Origin: Mobula hypostoma
Taxonomy: Eukaryota
Direction of reading: 5' to 3'
Assembly (NCBI RefSeq): GCF_963921235.1
Contig: NC_086128.1
Location: 42,284,001 to 42,348,000, forward strand
DNA length: 64,000 nt
The number at the start of each line of letters is the position of its first letter. Positions within the stretch are counted from its first letter, which is position 1. Positions 50,059-63,250 of the stretch are shown here, one piece after another. The notes under the pieces are model-generated. The model was not told where the DNA came from and searched no databases. It saw nothing but the letters and a program-made list of their open reading frames with translations. The position numbers were made by a program, and so were the translations under genes.

Positions 50059-50917
50059 GTAAATGTGAAGGACTTGTTGTCGAGATGTTTTCAAAATAGG
50101 CCCCTTGTTTCCACTATGTAACCGAAACAGGCAGCTGCTCGAAAAGATAATGACATGTATAACCCGTGCTATGTAGAAGGGGTTAAATAAACACCTAGCA
50201 ATAATGAGCTCTTTTCATCTGAGTTTCAAGCGTTCCCAGATGATACCAGCCGCATGCAGTTTAGTTACCCTTTCACGTATGCCCCCTTCAAACTATGTTT
50301 TCTCTCTGTTTTTTTCCTTGTATGTGTTTATTTGCTTTGCGTCCTGTCCTCTGAGTATAAGAAGGAATTTAGGAGAATAACTGGTAAGATCAAACAGCAT
50401 TTTAAGTTGTGAAACTCAGCAATTGCGTATTTCCCTTGTCCAGGCTATTTATTGGTTGTGGATGTATAGCGTAAATGAAAGTTTAAGTCAACATGCGGCA
50501 ATGGAGCGACCCCGGTTCTCACTGGTATCTTGAATTTAAATCTTAGCAAATGTTACTGTTACAGTCACCGTGTATTCTAATCTGCACACAGTCCAATACT
50601 CAAAACACCCCAAATCTGCTCTCTCCCAAAAAACAAAATTTCCAAATTTGATTACTTTTATAATCTGCAAATTCACACTCTATCGATACATCTTCCGCAC
50701 TTTTTAAAAACAAAATATGTGTTTCACTACATCCAAATAATGGTCGGCCGTGGCGGTCCATACTGCACGTGAAACAAAACATCCGCATTCGTTTTTATGA
50801 CTACAAAGGTCTGGTACACCTCAGAAGCGCCCAGTGAGGGGCTGGCAACTGGTATTAAAATTGTTTACTGTTAGTTCCTTTTCGATTAATTCACGCCACT
50901 TTCTCGTTGACTTTCAG
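50059..50917 (+). other. Predicted 3'UTR intron of the twist gene
   Basis: Donor CAG|gtaaat 17 nt after the stop; acceptor ttctcgttgactttcag|G at 50917. An intron just after the stop is typical of vertebrate Twist genes. Confidence 0.65.
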
Positions 50918-51360
50918 GCACATTGATTTGCTACGTGGGAACTCTACGCCAGCACATTAAGAACATTTTAAAGATGAACTAAGTGTAATCAATTGTCAAG
51001 AGCACTTAAATACTGGGTTGCGGATGTGGGTATACCTAGAATTCTACCGGGAGATCAGGCAATGTTGGTCCGTGGATTCAATGTTATCTATTTATTTGCA
51101 TGTCTTCTGCAAGGCTTCAATCCCACCGGATACCGTGTGGCGAGACTGGGAAATCGTGTTGTAAAACAAGGAAGAACACTGCGGGCACAAACTCAGAACT
51201 TTGTTGTGAAATATTATTATTTTTTTATACTTTAATTGGAAACCAAACTTTTATTTCTTGAGACTGGGCTCTGAATGTTGTGAAGTTCTTGATTTATTTT
51301 AAGAAAAGCTATATGGCGTTGTGTTTTGTAATAAATGCATATTGCATCCAGTTCCCTTCC
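50918..51360 (+). terminator. Predicted non-coding last exon and polyadenylation region of twist
   Basis: U-rich tracts at 51200-51300 and AATAAA at 51330-51335. Confidence 0.5.
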
Positions 51361-53379
51361 CCCCTGTTTTATATATTGCCGTCGAATTTTGGTAACTCTG
51401 TTACTCCCTGGGGACCACGGAGGCCTTCAGTAGTTAAACAAAAATAATTTTTTCTTACAGATGCTCATAAGCTTCAAGAGAACTATGTTTTCCATATGCT
51501 TAAAGTGGTGATCTCTTCATAGAAACAAATATACTACACGGTTATCAGACAGGATAAAACAATATATCCATGAAGAGCTGTTTCTGAGGTTGTTCACACT
51601 TAACGTTTTATGCCGGGGGAGCGCAATGAAGACTCCGACTCATTTAGAACAATTCTCTTTTCCGAAAAAAATAATTGGGGTTAGTGATTCAGGAACGGAA
51701 AATAATCTCACTTTTAGTAAAGGATATCAAATTATGATTTGCTGATCACTTCCTATCAGTTCCTCCCCAGACTTAGTACATAACCAGAATTTTCAGCTTT
51801 AATTTAAAGTTCGCAGCAAATACAAGTTAGGCTTTGTTAGGAATTCCCTTTATGAAACTGAAGTTTTTATATAAAAATTATTGGGTGTATTATTAAAATC
51901 TATTTATTTCCTAAATGGTTCTTTCCCAACACTCGGTAGCCAGGTTACGTCAGTCTGAAATTCGGAAACACCGGTGGCTATTTTCCTAGTACAGGTGCAG
52001 ACGGGGTTTACGCTGACTTTCAGTGGAAAAAGGGAGAAAGCGAGGCCGAAAAAAGGCATAGGATTCAACTAAAACAAAAGTTAACGACTCAGAGATTTGC
52101 TTTACTACCGTCAAAACAAGGAAAGAAAATGAAAAAGGGTAATTTGGTTTACACAATGATGCTGCTTCTATTTGCTGTTATCCAACAAAACTAGGTTTGT
52201 TGATCAAAGACAGAATTCAATGAAATGTTAAAATGTGCAGGATTACATGGTGCAAAAATTACTAGTTCTATTAAACGTTTGCAATATACTCTAAAATTTA
52301 GTCACGAACGATTTAAACTTGTGACGCATTTACCTTTTAAAAACAAAAATCAGATTTGCTTTTAATTTTTTTATAACTTGAAATAATAAAGCGTACAATA
52401 AAATAGAATAGTGCTTTGAAAATATTGAAACAGTACTTTGGTTTATTTACTATGCAGTCAATGGTTCCTGCTCGTTACCTAGCGATTTAGCATTTTAATA
52501 CTGGAGTACACCTCTAATACAAACCAATGTTAATCATCTGCCCTGCTCGGCTTTGTTTGTACCCTGTAGAAATATAATGTTACAGAATTCTATTATAAAA
52601 AAGTAATTCTGGAAATCAGAGTAACCCTTTGTGCATTTCTCATTCTCCTCTGCATCTGCACTTCTAACACTGGGTTGTTCAGTATTTGTAATAAATCGTT
52701 CTACTTTTGACAACAGCAAACGTTATGTTTTCAGCTGGTTTTTATAAGATGGGGAAGGCTTAAAATTCCCAGCCGTCACTGGAGTGGGTTCGTTTCCTCT
52801 CTCTGACCCTCTTTGTGTAATTCCAGTTTCCTTGGGAGAAATTCTGCTCTATGACAGTTTAAAGCGCATTGCAAACACACAGTGTCTCTCTCGCATTGGG
52901 GTTTCAAACCACATCATTACACGAACAGAATTCAAAAGAACTCTGTCCTTTACCCCACCCAAGTGCAGATCCCGGAGTACATAATAACATACGCACCTAG
53001 ACCAGGTTTAAAAAAAACACTCAAATCACAATCAAAAACAAGGCTCTTACTTTGTCCTACATATTTACCTTTGATTTTTTTTATTTTGTGTGATCAATAT
53101 CAAAACCACCCAGACAAAAATCACTAAACCTCCATTGAAAGGAGATTGGGTTGTTTGTTCTTAATTGCCAGGATAATGAGAATAAGGGTTTCTGAATTCT
53201 CTCTGAAACGTTCATCTCAACATGTGTCTGTCTCCTGCAAATGTAAAGATTTTTAAAAATCCTCCTTTTGTTGTGATTTACAACAAAGCGGCTGTTCGCG
53301 TGGAACCCAACTCCTTTTTTTAGTCCATCATGGGCTAACCTCCCTAGTATCGAAGACACCTTTAAAAGGCGAAGCTACA

Positions 53380-53682
53380 AAAAGGAGTCATACATCATTA
53401 AGGACCCCCATCACCCTCTTGTCATTGCTACCATCAAGTAGGAGGCAAAAGAGCCTGAAAACAGACACACACTCAACGTTTTAGGAACAGCTTCTTTGCC
53501 TCCGCCATCAGATTTCTGTACACTGCCTCACTATTTTCTTTTTTGCTCTCTTTTTGCACTACTTGTTCAATTTGATTTTTAAAATATTATTACAATTTAT
53601 AGATTGTTTTATTATTGCAAAGTTCTGCTGCCGCAAAACAACACATTTCACAGCGTATGCTCGTGATATTGATATTCTGACA
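53380..53682 (+). mobile_element. Rex1/Babar-type 3' fragment
   Basis: IIKDPHHP..LLPSSRR...THTQRFRNSFFASAIRFL; ends GATATTCTGA. Confidence 0.65.
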
Positions 53683-54773
53683 TTTTAACGTTCAAAGACA
53701 GGTCATGCAATGATTGAAAACAAATCGAGAGTAGGCAGATCAGATTGACAACTTTTTCTTGGAAGGATACGGAAAGTAAAGCCATCGAAGACGGCGAGAG
53801 ATAAGACAGAGCATAACCATACGATGGACCCCAGGATGACCTGTAAAATCCTAGTGTTTTCATCTTGTAATACCCAACTGTAGAAATGGAGGACGCCCCC
53901 ACATACACTTCACCTTGGTAATTCTTTTTCATTGGGACTTTCTCTGCAGCAAAGGAGAAGAGGGAGCAGAGCTTTCATTAAGGTTAGGGAGAATCGGAGG
54001 ATGCTGAAGTAAAGGTCGCCTCTGGGCGGAGAGATCGTGACCGTGGTTAGCCTCATGGTTAACGAGGGGAGGAGGACTAGGCGAGATGGAGAGTTACCTC
54101 TAAATGTGGGGACAAAATAAACAGGAGGCGGAGGTTGCTGAGGGGTGAAGTGGGAAGGAAGGACTGGTGACCCAGATTTTGAGGGGTCCGATGTGTGATT
54201 ATATTTGAATATGCAGACAATGGAAGGACATGGACCATGTATAGGCAGAATTGATTAATTGTGATTAGTTTAATTAGTTCGTAACAACATCGTGGGCCGA
54301 AGGGTCTGTTGCGTGATATACTGTTCTATGTAACATGACATCAAATTCATTCACGCTGTTCCCCGGGGAGCAGTAGATGAGACCCAGTGCTGATATTGCC
54401 AAGACTGACTGGTGTCCACTGTACTATCCTGGATGGATGGAAAGTTTAGATAAATCAGTTTTCCTGCGCTTAGGTTACTTATAATATCAACATTTTGTGT
54501 GCAAAGGGCCCTTCATGCAGTGTGTAATTTGATTTATTTTATACGACAGCTTATATCCGGAATAACAGTTTACAGATTAAGATAAACTTCCTCTTTTTTG
54601 TCAGTTTGATTTCCCATAAACCGTTATCAAACAACACTTTACCAATATCAGTCTTTAAGAAAAAGTGACAACTTTGTACTAATAACGGAGTGATTTATCT
54701 AAAAACCCTCATGCGTCCAGTTAACAGTAAATGAGGTGGTGACCGCGGCTGAACCGCGTGTAAAATGTGCGTG

Positions 54774-54805
54774 AGCTGCACCTAGTGGCGTAATTGATCA
54801 TTGCA
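54774..54805 (-). promoter_or_regulatory. Candidate CTCF site with upstream module
   Basis: Minus strand reads TGCAAT-N11-CCACTAGGTGCAGC, compared with core CCASYAGRKGGCRS (2 mismatches) plus a TGCAGT-like upstream module at canonical spacing. Confidence 0.55.
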
Positions 54806-56486
54806 CCCAAGCCCTGCTGAAACACTAGCGGATGCGCTGAAAATCAGTTATTCTTAAGAATGGTCGAAATTGACTTGCAACCTAAGTAAAACAACACCCA
54901 CGAAGACTGGAAGTGAAAAGAATATTGAGCATTTCATTTACTCCACTTTTTTTTAACTTCTTAAAATGCTGTTCACGTCAGCAATTGAGGTATTATCTTT
55001 TTAATGGACCAAATTATCACAGGAAAGTTCCCAGACTCATCCTGATAAATTTGGTCTGGTAATGCATATAGGAATTGTTTTTATTAGGCTGAAGAACAGA
55101 AGTGGGTGACAGAAGTTATCAGATTTTCACTCGTTGGATCACCCGCTTTAAAACATTCACGTTGCCAAAACAGAACCTGTCCTTTTTACCATCATTAGCC
55201 GTTCTCCCGCCGTTTCAAAGTTTCCATTAAGTGGCTAAAATGCACCGCATGTCAGAAATTCGTCAACTCAGATGTAAATAGACGTGAAACTCATATTCAG
55301 AGAAGTTTCAGTTGAAAGCATCAACTAAAAATAATTTGATCCAGCAAATGCCAGCAAGATATTTATTGCATGTTGGATTTTACCAAAAGTAAAATGAATA
55401 GAATTCAGGTCCGCTGGCGGGTAAATTTTCAACAATCCATCTTCCATAATACTTAACGCTAAATGGAGACCCTGATTTTTTATCATCGGCTCGGTCACCG
55501 GACGCAGATGAAAGTCAGAATAAGAATTCTCACACAAATGCAGTACAATACGAGAGCTATCATTAGCTAAGAGATTGCAAAAATTGGCCTTTTATCGTGA
55601 TAAGATTACCTGTTATAACTTGTTTGTGAAGTCATTGAATCTCTGGGGACCTATTTGCTTTATTATCTTTATATATTTCTTATATTATTTACGCGGATTA
55701 ACTTGAATTAACGATTTTTTAACGAAACATTGAGCTTGTCAAAACAGAAAATACGGGTTGACAATTCACAAAAATATACCCGAGCCTAACGCTGCTCCTT
55801 CCCTGCCACATGCTTGCAGGCTGGTTGATTGGCTACATATGTGCTCTTTGTCCTTAAGCTCCTTCGCCAAGATCAAAGCCATCAGAAACCTCTCTTTCAA
55901 CCGAGTAGAGAACAGCGTGGATTGTTTATGGGGTGTTTTTATGACCAAATCTATTATTTCACTGCGAATCCGACCCAGTTAAGATCACCATTTGTGCAGC
56001 GTACGATTAGGAAAATTATTAACTATCAACTTTGAAAGAAGTGCTTTGTTGCATCTTTTAGTCACTGGTACATAGCATGCTTTGAACTTTCCAGTCTCTA
56101 ATTTGGGTCCGCCACGTTCCTTCAGTATGTAACAATACTTGTAATTTTGATTCATTCTGATAAGATTGTAGCCCTATGAGATTTATTTATTTCTTCCCTC
56201 CACTGTAAAATAGTTTGGCTCTAGAGGATTTGGCAGCATTTCAAGTATGTATTTGATGAAATCATGGATCACAAAACTTTAAAAGAGGCTGCAGTGAAAC
56301 TCATTCACTCAAATCAAATTCTGCATTACACAAACATTTCCATTCTGTGAAATGCAACATATCACGTAAAGGTCATTTCTAAATGGTAAAATCTCACTTG
56401 CAGATCAACATTTTAAACTGTGCTCAAATTCCTGCTTTCTTTCCCATACCGCAGCAATGCACTAATCAAATCACCATGTGGCTGCA

Positions 56487-56870
56487 GATCAGAATCAGAA
56501 TCAGGTTTATTATACTGACTTACATGACGTGAAATTTGTTGTTTCACCGCTGCAGTACAGTGCAAGGACATAAATTATTATAAATTACAAAACAAATAAA
56601 TAATGCGAAATAAAAGGAATAAGGACATAGCATACATAGGTTCAAGGACTGTTCGGAAATCTGATCATGGAGGGGAAGAAGCAGTTCCTAAATAATAGTG
56701 TCAGTCTTCTTGTTCCTGTACCTCCTCCCTGGTGGTGCTAACGGGAAGAGGGCATGTCCTGGATAGTGAGGGCTCTTAGTGGTAGATGCCACTTTCTTGA
56801 GGTGTCACCCCTGGAAGATATCCTCAGCTGTTAGGAGGTTGTGCCTGTGATGGAGCTAGTTGAGTCTAAC
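56487..56870 (-). mobile_element. Rex1/Babar-type 3' fragment
   Basis: (TTCTGA)n tail on the minus strand; homologous to 58726-59150. Confidence 0.7.
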
Positions 56871-56949
56871 ATTTCTCATCGGTTAGCTGCTCTGAAGCAG
56901 GAGGTTATCTGGCACTTCAGTATTACTTAACCAAAAGTTAAGACTCCAG

Positions 56950-57615
56950 TAAACTCTTATAAAAGTCTAGTAAACACCAGTTCAGCTACATCTGCAATAT
57001 TGCATTCAATTCTGGTTACCCCATTATAGGAAGGACGTCGAGGCTTTGGAGAGAGTGCAGAAGAGATTTATCAGGATGTTGCCTGGATTAAAGGCATGTG
57101 CTATAACGAGAGGTTGGACAAATTTGGTTTGTTTTCTCTGGAGCAATGGAGGCCGAGAGGAGATCTGATAGAGGTTTATAAGATTATGATAGCCAGTATC
57201 TTTTGAAATGTCTAAGAGAGGGCATGCATTTAAGGTGAGAGTGGTAAGTTCAAAGGAGATGTATGGGCAAGTTTTTTTATACACAGTGGTGGCTGCCTGG
57301 GTTATGGTGGAGACCAATACGATAGAAGCATTCTCGAGGCTCTTTATATATAATTATTCATAAATTCTATTTAATTTCTTTATTTTCCTGCAAATGCCCA
57401 CAAGAAAATAAATTTCAAGGTAGTATATGGTAACATATATGTACTTTGACTTTGACTTAGATAGGCACGTGAATGTGCAGAAAATGAAGGGTATGCACAT
57501 TGTGCAGGTAGAAGGAATTAGTTTAGTTGGGCAGTTGATTACTAATTTAGTTAGTTCTGCACTACATTGTGAGCCAAAGGGCTGGTTTCTCTGCTCTGCT
57601 GTTCTATGCTCTATG
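56950..57615 (+). mobile_element. Degenerate CR1 3' fragment
   Basis: QFWLPHYRKDVEALERVQKRFIRMLPG...GDLIEVYKI. Confidence 0.75.
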
Positions 57616-58725
57616 CAAAAGACACTAGCATTAAAGGGTGAAAGGTCGTTATTTTTTCCCCAAAACTTTCAACAGCAACATCGTCACTCAGTGGGTAAAT
57701 GTAACTCAAATATGATACTGAGTTACCCAGTTAGTTTCAGGCTTGTGGAGATATAAGAGACTACAGATGGTGGAATCTGGGGTGAAAAACAAACTGCTGG
57801 AGGAAGTCAGGGAGCATCTTGGTGGCAAATGAATAGTAAATGTTTTGGGTTAAAACATCGATTGTCCATTTCCCTCTATAGTTGCTGCCAAGTTCCTCCA
57901 GCAGTCTGGTTTTTGCTTTCAGCTTCAGGTTTAGTTCTCAGCTTGTGTTGAGTTAACTGATTTCTGTTAAAACACAAGCAAACGTGGCACAAATTGCTTC
58001 CAAGTGAACTTGGGGCACATGGAGATAAAAATAAAAAGAGCTAGGGTTCCTCTCCATACAGCTTGCCAAGGGCTTCCGCGGGAAAGTAAAGACATTTGTG
58101 CAGAATTGCATTCAGAGCTGGTGCCATTGAAGATGAGTAGTCCCCAGACACCCATTGCCGAAGTAAATATGTGAAAAATGGCTAATTATGTGAGCTTAAT
58201 GTCAATCTGCAGGAAAACATAAAACCACATTGCAATATCTTTGGAATGAAGAACAAAGGGAAGAAATTTGGGCATCGGGTGGGGTGCATATTTACAATGT
58301 GCTTTGCATCATGGGAGAAGGACTTGCCAAGGCCTCTTGAAGTAAACAGTAAAATCTTTACATTACTACATTCCAGCATCAGAAACTGCCACTGAGACTG
58401 CTTTTAAAGAGTAGTAAAAAAAATGTTCTTGGCATAAAAAGTAATGATGGTATTGTCCATTGAAGAAGGTACTTTTTAAGAGGAAAGCAAATTAACTCTG
58501 ATGGTTAAGGAATAATACGAAAGGATGTTGTGTTAGAATGGATGCATCATTCCCATAAGCAAGGGGACTAGTGTTACAGACATGGTAAGAAAAGAAAATG
58601 GTAGAAATACTCACCAGGTCCGGTAGCATCTGTGCAAAGCCAAAGGAAGTTAATATTTCATGTTTGAGACCCTTTATTAGTTCTTACGGATGGTCTCATA
58701 CCTGAGACGTTAAATCTATTTCCCT

Positions 58726-60560
58726 TCAGAATCAGAATCAGGTTTAATATCACCAGCATATGTTGTGAAATTAGTTGTTTTGCAGCCGTACCATCCAATA
58801 CATAAGAACTATAAATTAAAATAAAAATGTACATCTAAAACTAAATTAAATAAGTAGGGCAAAGAGGGAGCAAAAGATAATGAGGTAATGTTCATAGTTT
58901 GGTCCTTACCCATTTAGAAATCTGATGGCAGAGGGAAAGAAGCTGTTCCTAAACTGTTGAGTGTATATCTTCAGGCTCCTGTACCTTCTCCCTGGTGGTA
59001 GCAGTGTGAAGAGCGGATGCCCTGGGTGATGAGTGTATGAGTGCCCTTAATGATGGATGCTGCCTTTTGGATGCCTCACCTTTTGAAGATGTCTTTAATG
59101 CTGGTGTGGGGGGAGGAAACTGATGCCTATGATGGAGCTGGCTGTGTTTGCAGCTTTTCCCGATCCTGTGCAGCGGCCCCTCCATACTGGAGGGTGAGGC
59201 AACCAATAGATACTCTCCACGGTACATCTGTAGAAATTTGCTAGAGTATTTAACGGCATACTAAATATCCTCCAACTCTTCATGAAATATAGCCACTGTT
59301 GTGCCTTCTTTGCAATTACGTCAATATGTTGGGCCCAGGATAGAGCTTCAGAGATGTTGACACCCAAAAACTTGAAACTGCTCACTCTCCACGGCTGATC
59401 CCTCGATGAGGACTGATGTGTGTTCCTCGACTTCTCCTTCTTGAAGTCCACAATCAACTCCTCGGTCTTACTGACGTCGAGCGCAAGGTTGTTGTTGAGA
59501 CACCACTCAACCATGGATCGATCTCACTCCTGTACACCTCTTGTCACCATCTGAAATTGTGCCAACAATAGCTGTGTCATCAGCAAATTTACAGATGGCA
59601 TTTGAGCTGTGCCTAGCCACACAGTTGTGGGTATAGAGAGAGTAGAGCAGTGGGCTAAGCACACACCCCTGAGGTGCTCCAGTGTTGATCGTCAATGAGG
59701 AGAAAATGTTATTTTTGATCTGCACTGACTGTGGTCTTCCAATGAGGTAGTTAAGGATCTAGATGCAGAGGGAAGTACAGAGGCCCACATTTTGAAGTTT
59801 GTTGATTAGTACTGAGGGTATGATTGTATTGAACGCTGAACTGTAATTAATAAACACATGGGTATTGCTGTTGTCCAGGTGATGCAAGGCCCAGTGGAGA
59901 GCCAGTGAGATTGCACCACCGTAGACCTATTGTGGCAATAGGCAAATTGCAGTAGGTCCAGCTCCTTGCTTGGGCAGGAGTTGATTCTGGCCGTGACCAA
60001 CCTCTCGAAGCCCCTCATCACAGTAGATGTGAGTGTAACTGGGTGATAGTTGTTGAGGCAGCTCACTCTGCTCTTTTTAGGCACTGCTATGATTGTCGCC
60101 CTTTTGAAGTTGGTGGGAACCTCTGACTGCAGCAGTGAGTGATTTAAGATGCCCTTGAACACTCCAGCCAGTTGGTCAGTGCCCTACCAGGTACACCATC
60201 AGGGCCTGATGGCTTGCGAGGGTTCACCCCTTGTAAGATGTTCTAATGTCAGCCTCCAGGATGGAGATCATAGGGTTACCAGATTCTGCAGGGATTTGTG
60301 TGGGTGTAGGTTTATTCTCACTTTCAAGCGTACATAAAAGGTGTTGAGCTCATCTGGGAGTGAAACATCACGGCCATTTATGATGTTAGTTTTCACCTTG
60401 GAGGAAGTAATGGCCTGCAAAACCTGCCAGAGCTGATGTGCATCCAATGCCATCTCTAATTTGAATTGGAGTTGTTTTTTCGCTCTTAAAGTAACCTTCT
60501 ATAGGTTGTACCTAGACTTCTTGTACAGTTCTGCATCATTGTTCTTGAACACCACAGATT
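58726..60560 (-). mobile_element. Rex1/Babar-clade LINE, decayed RT, inserted in an old pLTR-like element (58595-58725 / 60560-60640)
   Basis: IIAVPKK, LQFAY, TGAPQGCVLSPLLYSLYT, KFADDT and WCLNNNLALDVSKT motifs; (TTCTGA)n tail. Confidence 0.88.
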
Positions 60561-61434
60561 CTATCCCACAGATACTGCCCGACTTGCTGAGTATTTACAG
60601 CATTTTCTGACTTTATTTCAGATTTTCAGTATCTGCCATTTTTGTCTTGATTTTCGGTATCTCATCCCGTAGTATCTCAATTTGAAAAATAGGATGGTGA
60701 GAGTACAGGTTAAATTTTAATGTTATCTTAGACAATAAAAATGGACCTTTTGTATAATAACAAACCCCTTATAGCCATTGTGTATCCGTCTGTAATTCAT
60801 GAGGAAAAATGAGAATTCTCATGAAAATTTATGAGAAGGGCCAGGAAGTGCTGTGGATGAAGACCCACAAGGGCTGGTGGTCCCCCTCCAGGTAGGTGGC
60901 TCCTGGGATAGGAAGTCCATGGAGGCAGGAGGAACAAGGGCTGATAATCAGAGAGCCCAGAGTTTGAGGCCTAGGGTTCCTGGTCCCATCATCAGGCCTG
61001 GAGGCGGCATGTCCTAGGGTTGGAGGTCTATCTGTGTGTGAGAGTGGGTGGGTGTGTTGGTGGGAGAGATGAAAAGGGGTTGATTTGCTGCTATTTTCTT
61101 GTTGCTGTTGTTCTGTTGGACATTGTCGGCATGCTATGTGGGCACTGCAATGTGTGGTAGCGCTTGTGGGCTGCCCCCAGCGCAAGCTTAGGTTGTGTTA
61201 GCTGTTAACAGAAACAAAGCGTTTCACTGTGTGTTTCAATGTACATGTGATAAATAAATGTATCTGAATTGAATCACTAATATAGCTGATCACAATAATA
61301 TATAATTCAGATATAATTTGTGGTTCAGTACAATACTAACATAGGCTCAATTTTAACCTTGGAAGGAAGAAACATTTTGATATAACGTTTTATCTGTCTA
61401 CTTGACAGAATAGCACCACTGCTTCCCCATCTCT

Positions 61435-62378
61435 TTACAAATTTGGATGATGAAATTGATGACTTTGTGGCCAAGTTTGCAGATGATACAAAGATAGGTG
61501 GTGTTGAGGAAGCAGAGACTCTGCAAACGGAACTGGACAGATTAGGAGAATGGGCAAAGAGGTAGCAGATGGAATATCATTTAGGCAAATGCATAGTCGT
61601 GCACTTTGGTAGAAGGAATAAAAGCTTGGATTATTTTCCAGGTGGTGAGAAAGTTCAGAAATCAGAGATGCAAATGAACTTGGGAGTCCTTGTGCAGGAT
61701 TCCCTAAAGGTTAACTTGCAGGTTGAGTCGGCGGTGAGGAAGGCAAATGTAATGTTAACATTCATTTTGAGAGGACTAGAATATAAGAGCAAGGATGTGA
61801 TGTTGAGGCTTTATAAGACACTGGTCATACTGCACTTGGAGTATTGTGAGCAGCTTTGGGCCCCGTAGCTAAGGAAAGATGTGCTGGCATTGGAGAGGGT
61901 CCAGAGGAGGCTCGTGAGAATGATTCCAGGAATGAAAGTGTTAATGTATGAGGAACTTTTGATGGTTCTGGATCTGGACTCTCTGCGGTTTAGAAGAATG
62001 AGGGGGGGATCTTAATGAAACCTATTGAATATTGAAAACCCTAGACAGAGTGGATGTGGAGAGGATATTTCCTATAGTGGGTGAGACCAAGACCAGAAGG
62101 CACAGCCTCAGAATACAGAGATGTCCGCTTAGAACAGACAAGAGGAGGAATTTCTGCTGCCAGAGGGTGGTGAATCTGTGGAATTCATTGCCATAGACGG
62201 CTGTGCAGGTATATTTAAAGCCGAAGTTGATAGCTTCTTGGTTAGTCAGGGTGTCAAAGGATATGCAGAGACACCGGGAGAATGGGATTGAGAGGAATAA
62301 TGACTCAGTCGCGATGGAATAGCGGAGCAGACTCGATGAGCCGAGTGGCCTAATTCTGCTCCTATGTCTTATGGTCTG
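61435..62378 (+). mobile_element. Decayed CR1 3' fragment
   Basis: AKFADDTKIG, VHFGRRN and LHLEYCEQLWAP; CR1 tail CTCCTATGTCTTATGGTC. Confidence 0.85.
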
Positions 62379-63069
62379 ATATGTTTTCCCTATATTTTCA
62401 AAAACTAATAATCTAAATGTGCATTCCCTCATTTACTTTTTGCCTCAAGGGTATGGAAATTTTACCTGCAATATGTGGAACCTAATGTTAGAGAAGGCAC
62501 TGAAAACAAACTATAGTATTATTAATTACATTCAGCCTTATGTGTAGCGAGCCGTGAAGAGGTAATGGGGCAATTAATGATCAATTATTGAGGAACAAAA
62601 GTTTTTCCTCTGTATCTCAGTATATGTGACAGTAATAAACAATTCAGCCAATACAACAACGCGACGTCAAGTATTCCAAACTGAGATTTTGTTTAGGTTG
62701 GGAGGACTGTGAAAATTTCCACAGGAAAGTACACAGATTACCTGTAACAATAGTAGGAGCATTGCTGAACTGCCTGCTCCACTGAAGCTGATCTGGAGTA
62801 CCGTGAATGGACTGAACGAGGGTCTCCATGCCCTTCTTTTACGGGGGCAGTGTTCAATCAGAATTGAGATCGGAGTTTTCCCTTGAAATTTAATTTTCTA
62901 ACTCTGAGATGACCAAGGCTGATATAATGCTTCACAGTATCTGAGAAATACACAGAATGTCAACAGAAAATGGGGAAAAATTGTTAGAATGTTTGTGAGC
63001 AGCTAATTTGTTTTTCTTTTGTTTTATATAAAAAGCAAAACCGTATAAAGCTATGAACTTTAATTGAGT

Positions 63070-63250
63070 CAAAAAAGCAAACTGCTGGTGGAAGGTAGTG
63101 GGTCAGGCACCATCTGTGGAGACAGAGGGATAGTCATCATTTCAAGCGGCAGTCCTGGATGATCTCTCACTGCACAGATGCTGCCTGACTCATTGAGTTC
63201 CTACAGCAGTTTGCTTTTTGCCCCAGATTCCAGCATCTACAGTCTCTTGG
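63070..63250. mobile_element. Old foldback relative of the pLTR family
   Basis: Imperfect inverted arms GGGTCAGGCACCATCTGTG / CACAGATGCTGCCTGACTC; similar decayed copies at ~2980-3160, ~31050-31140 and ~57760-57915. Confidence 0.5.
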
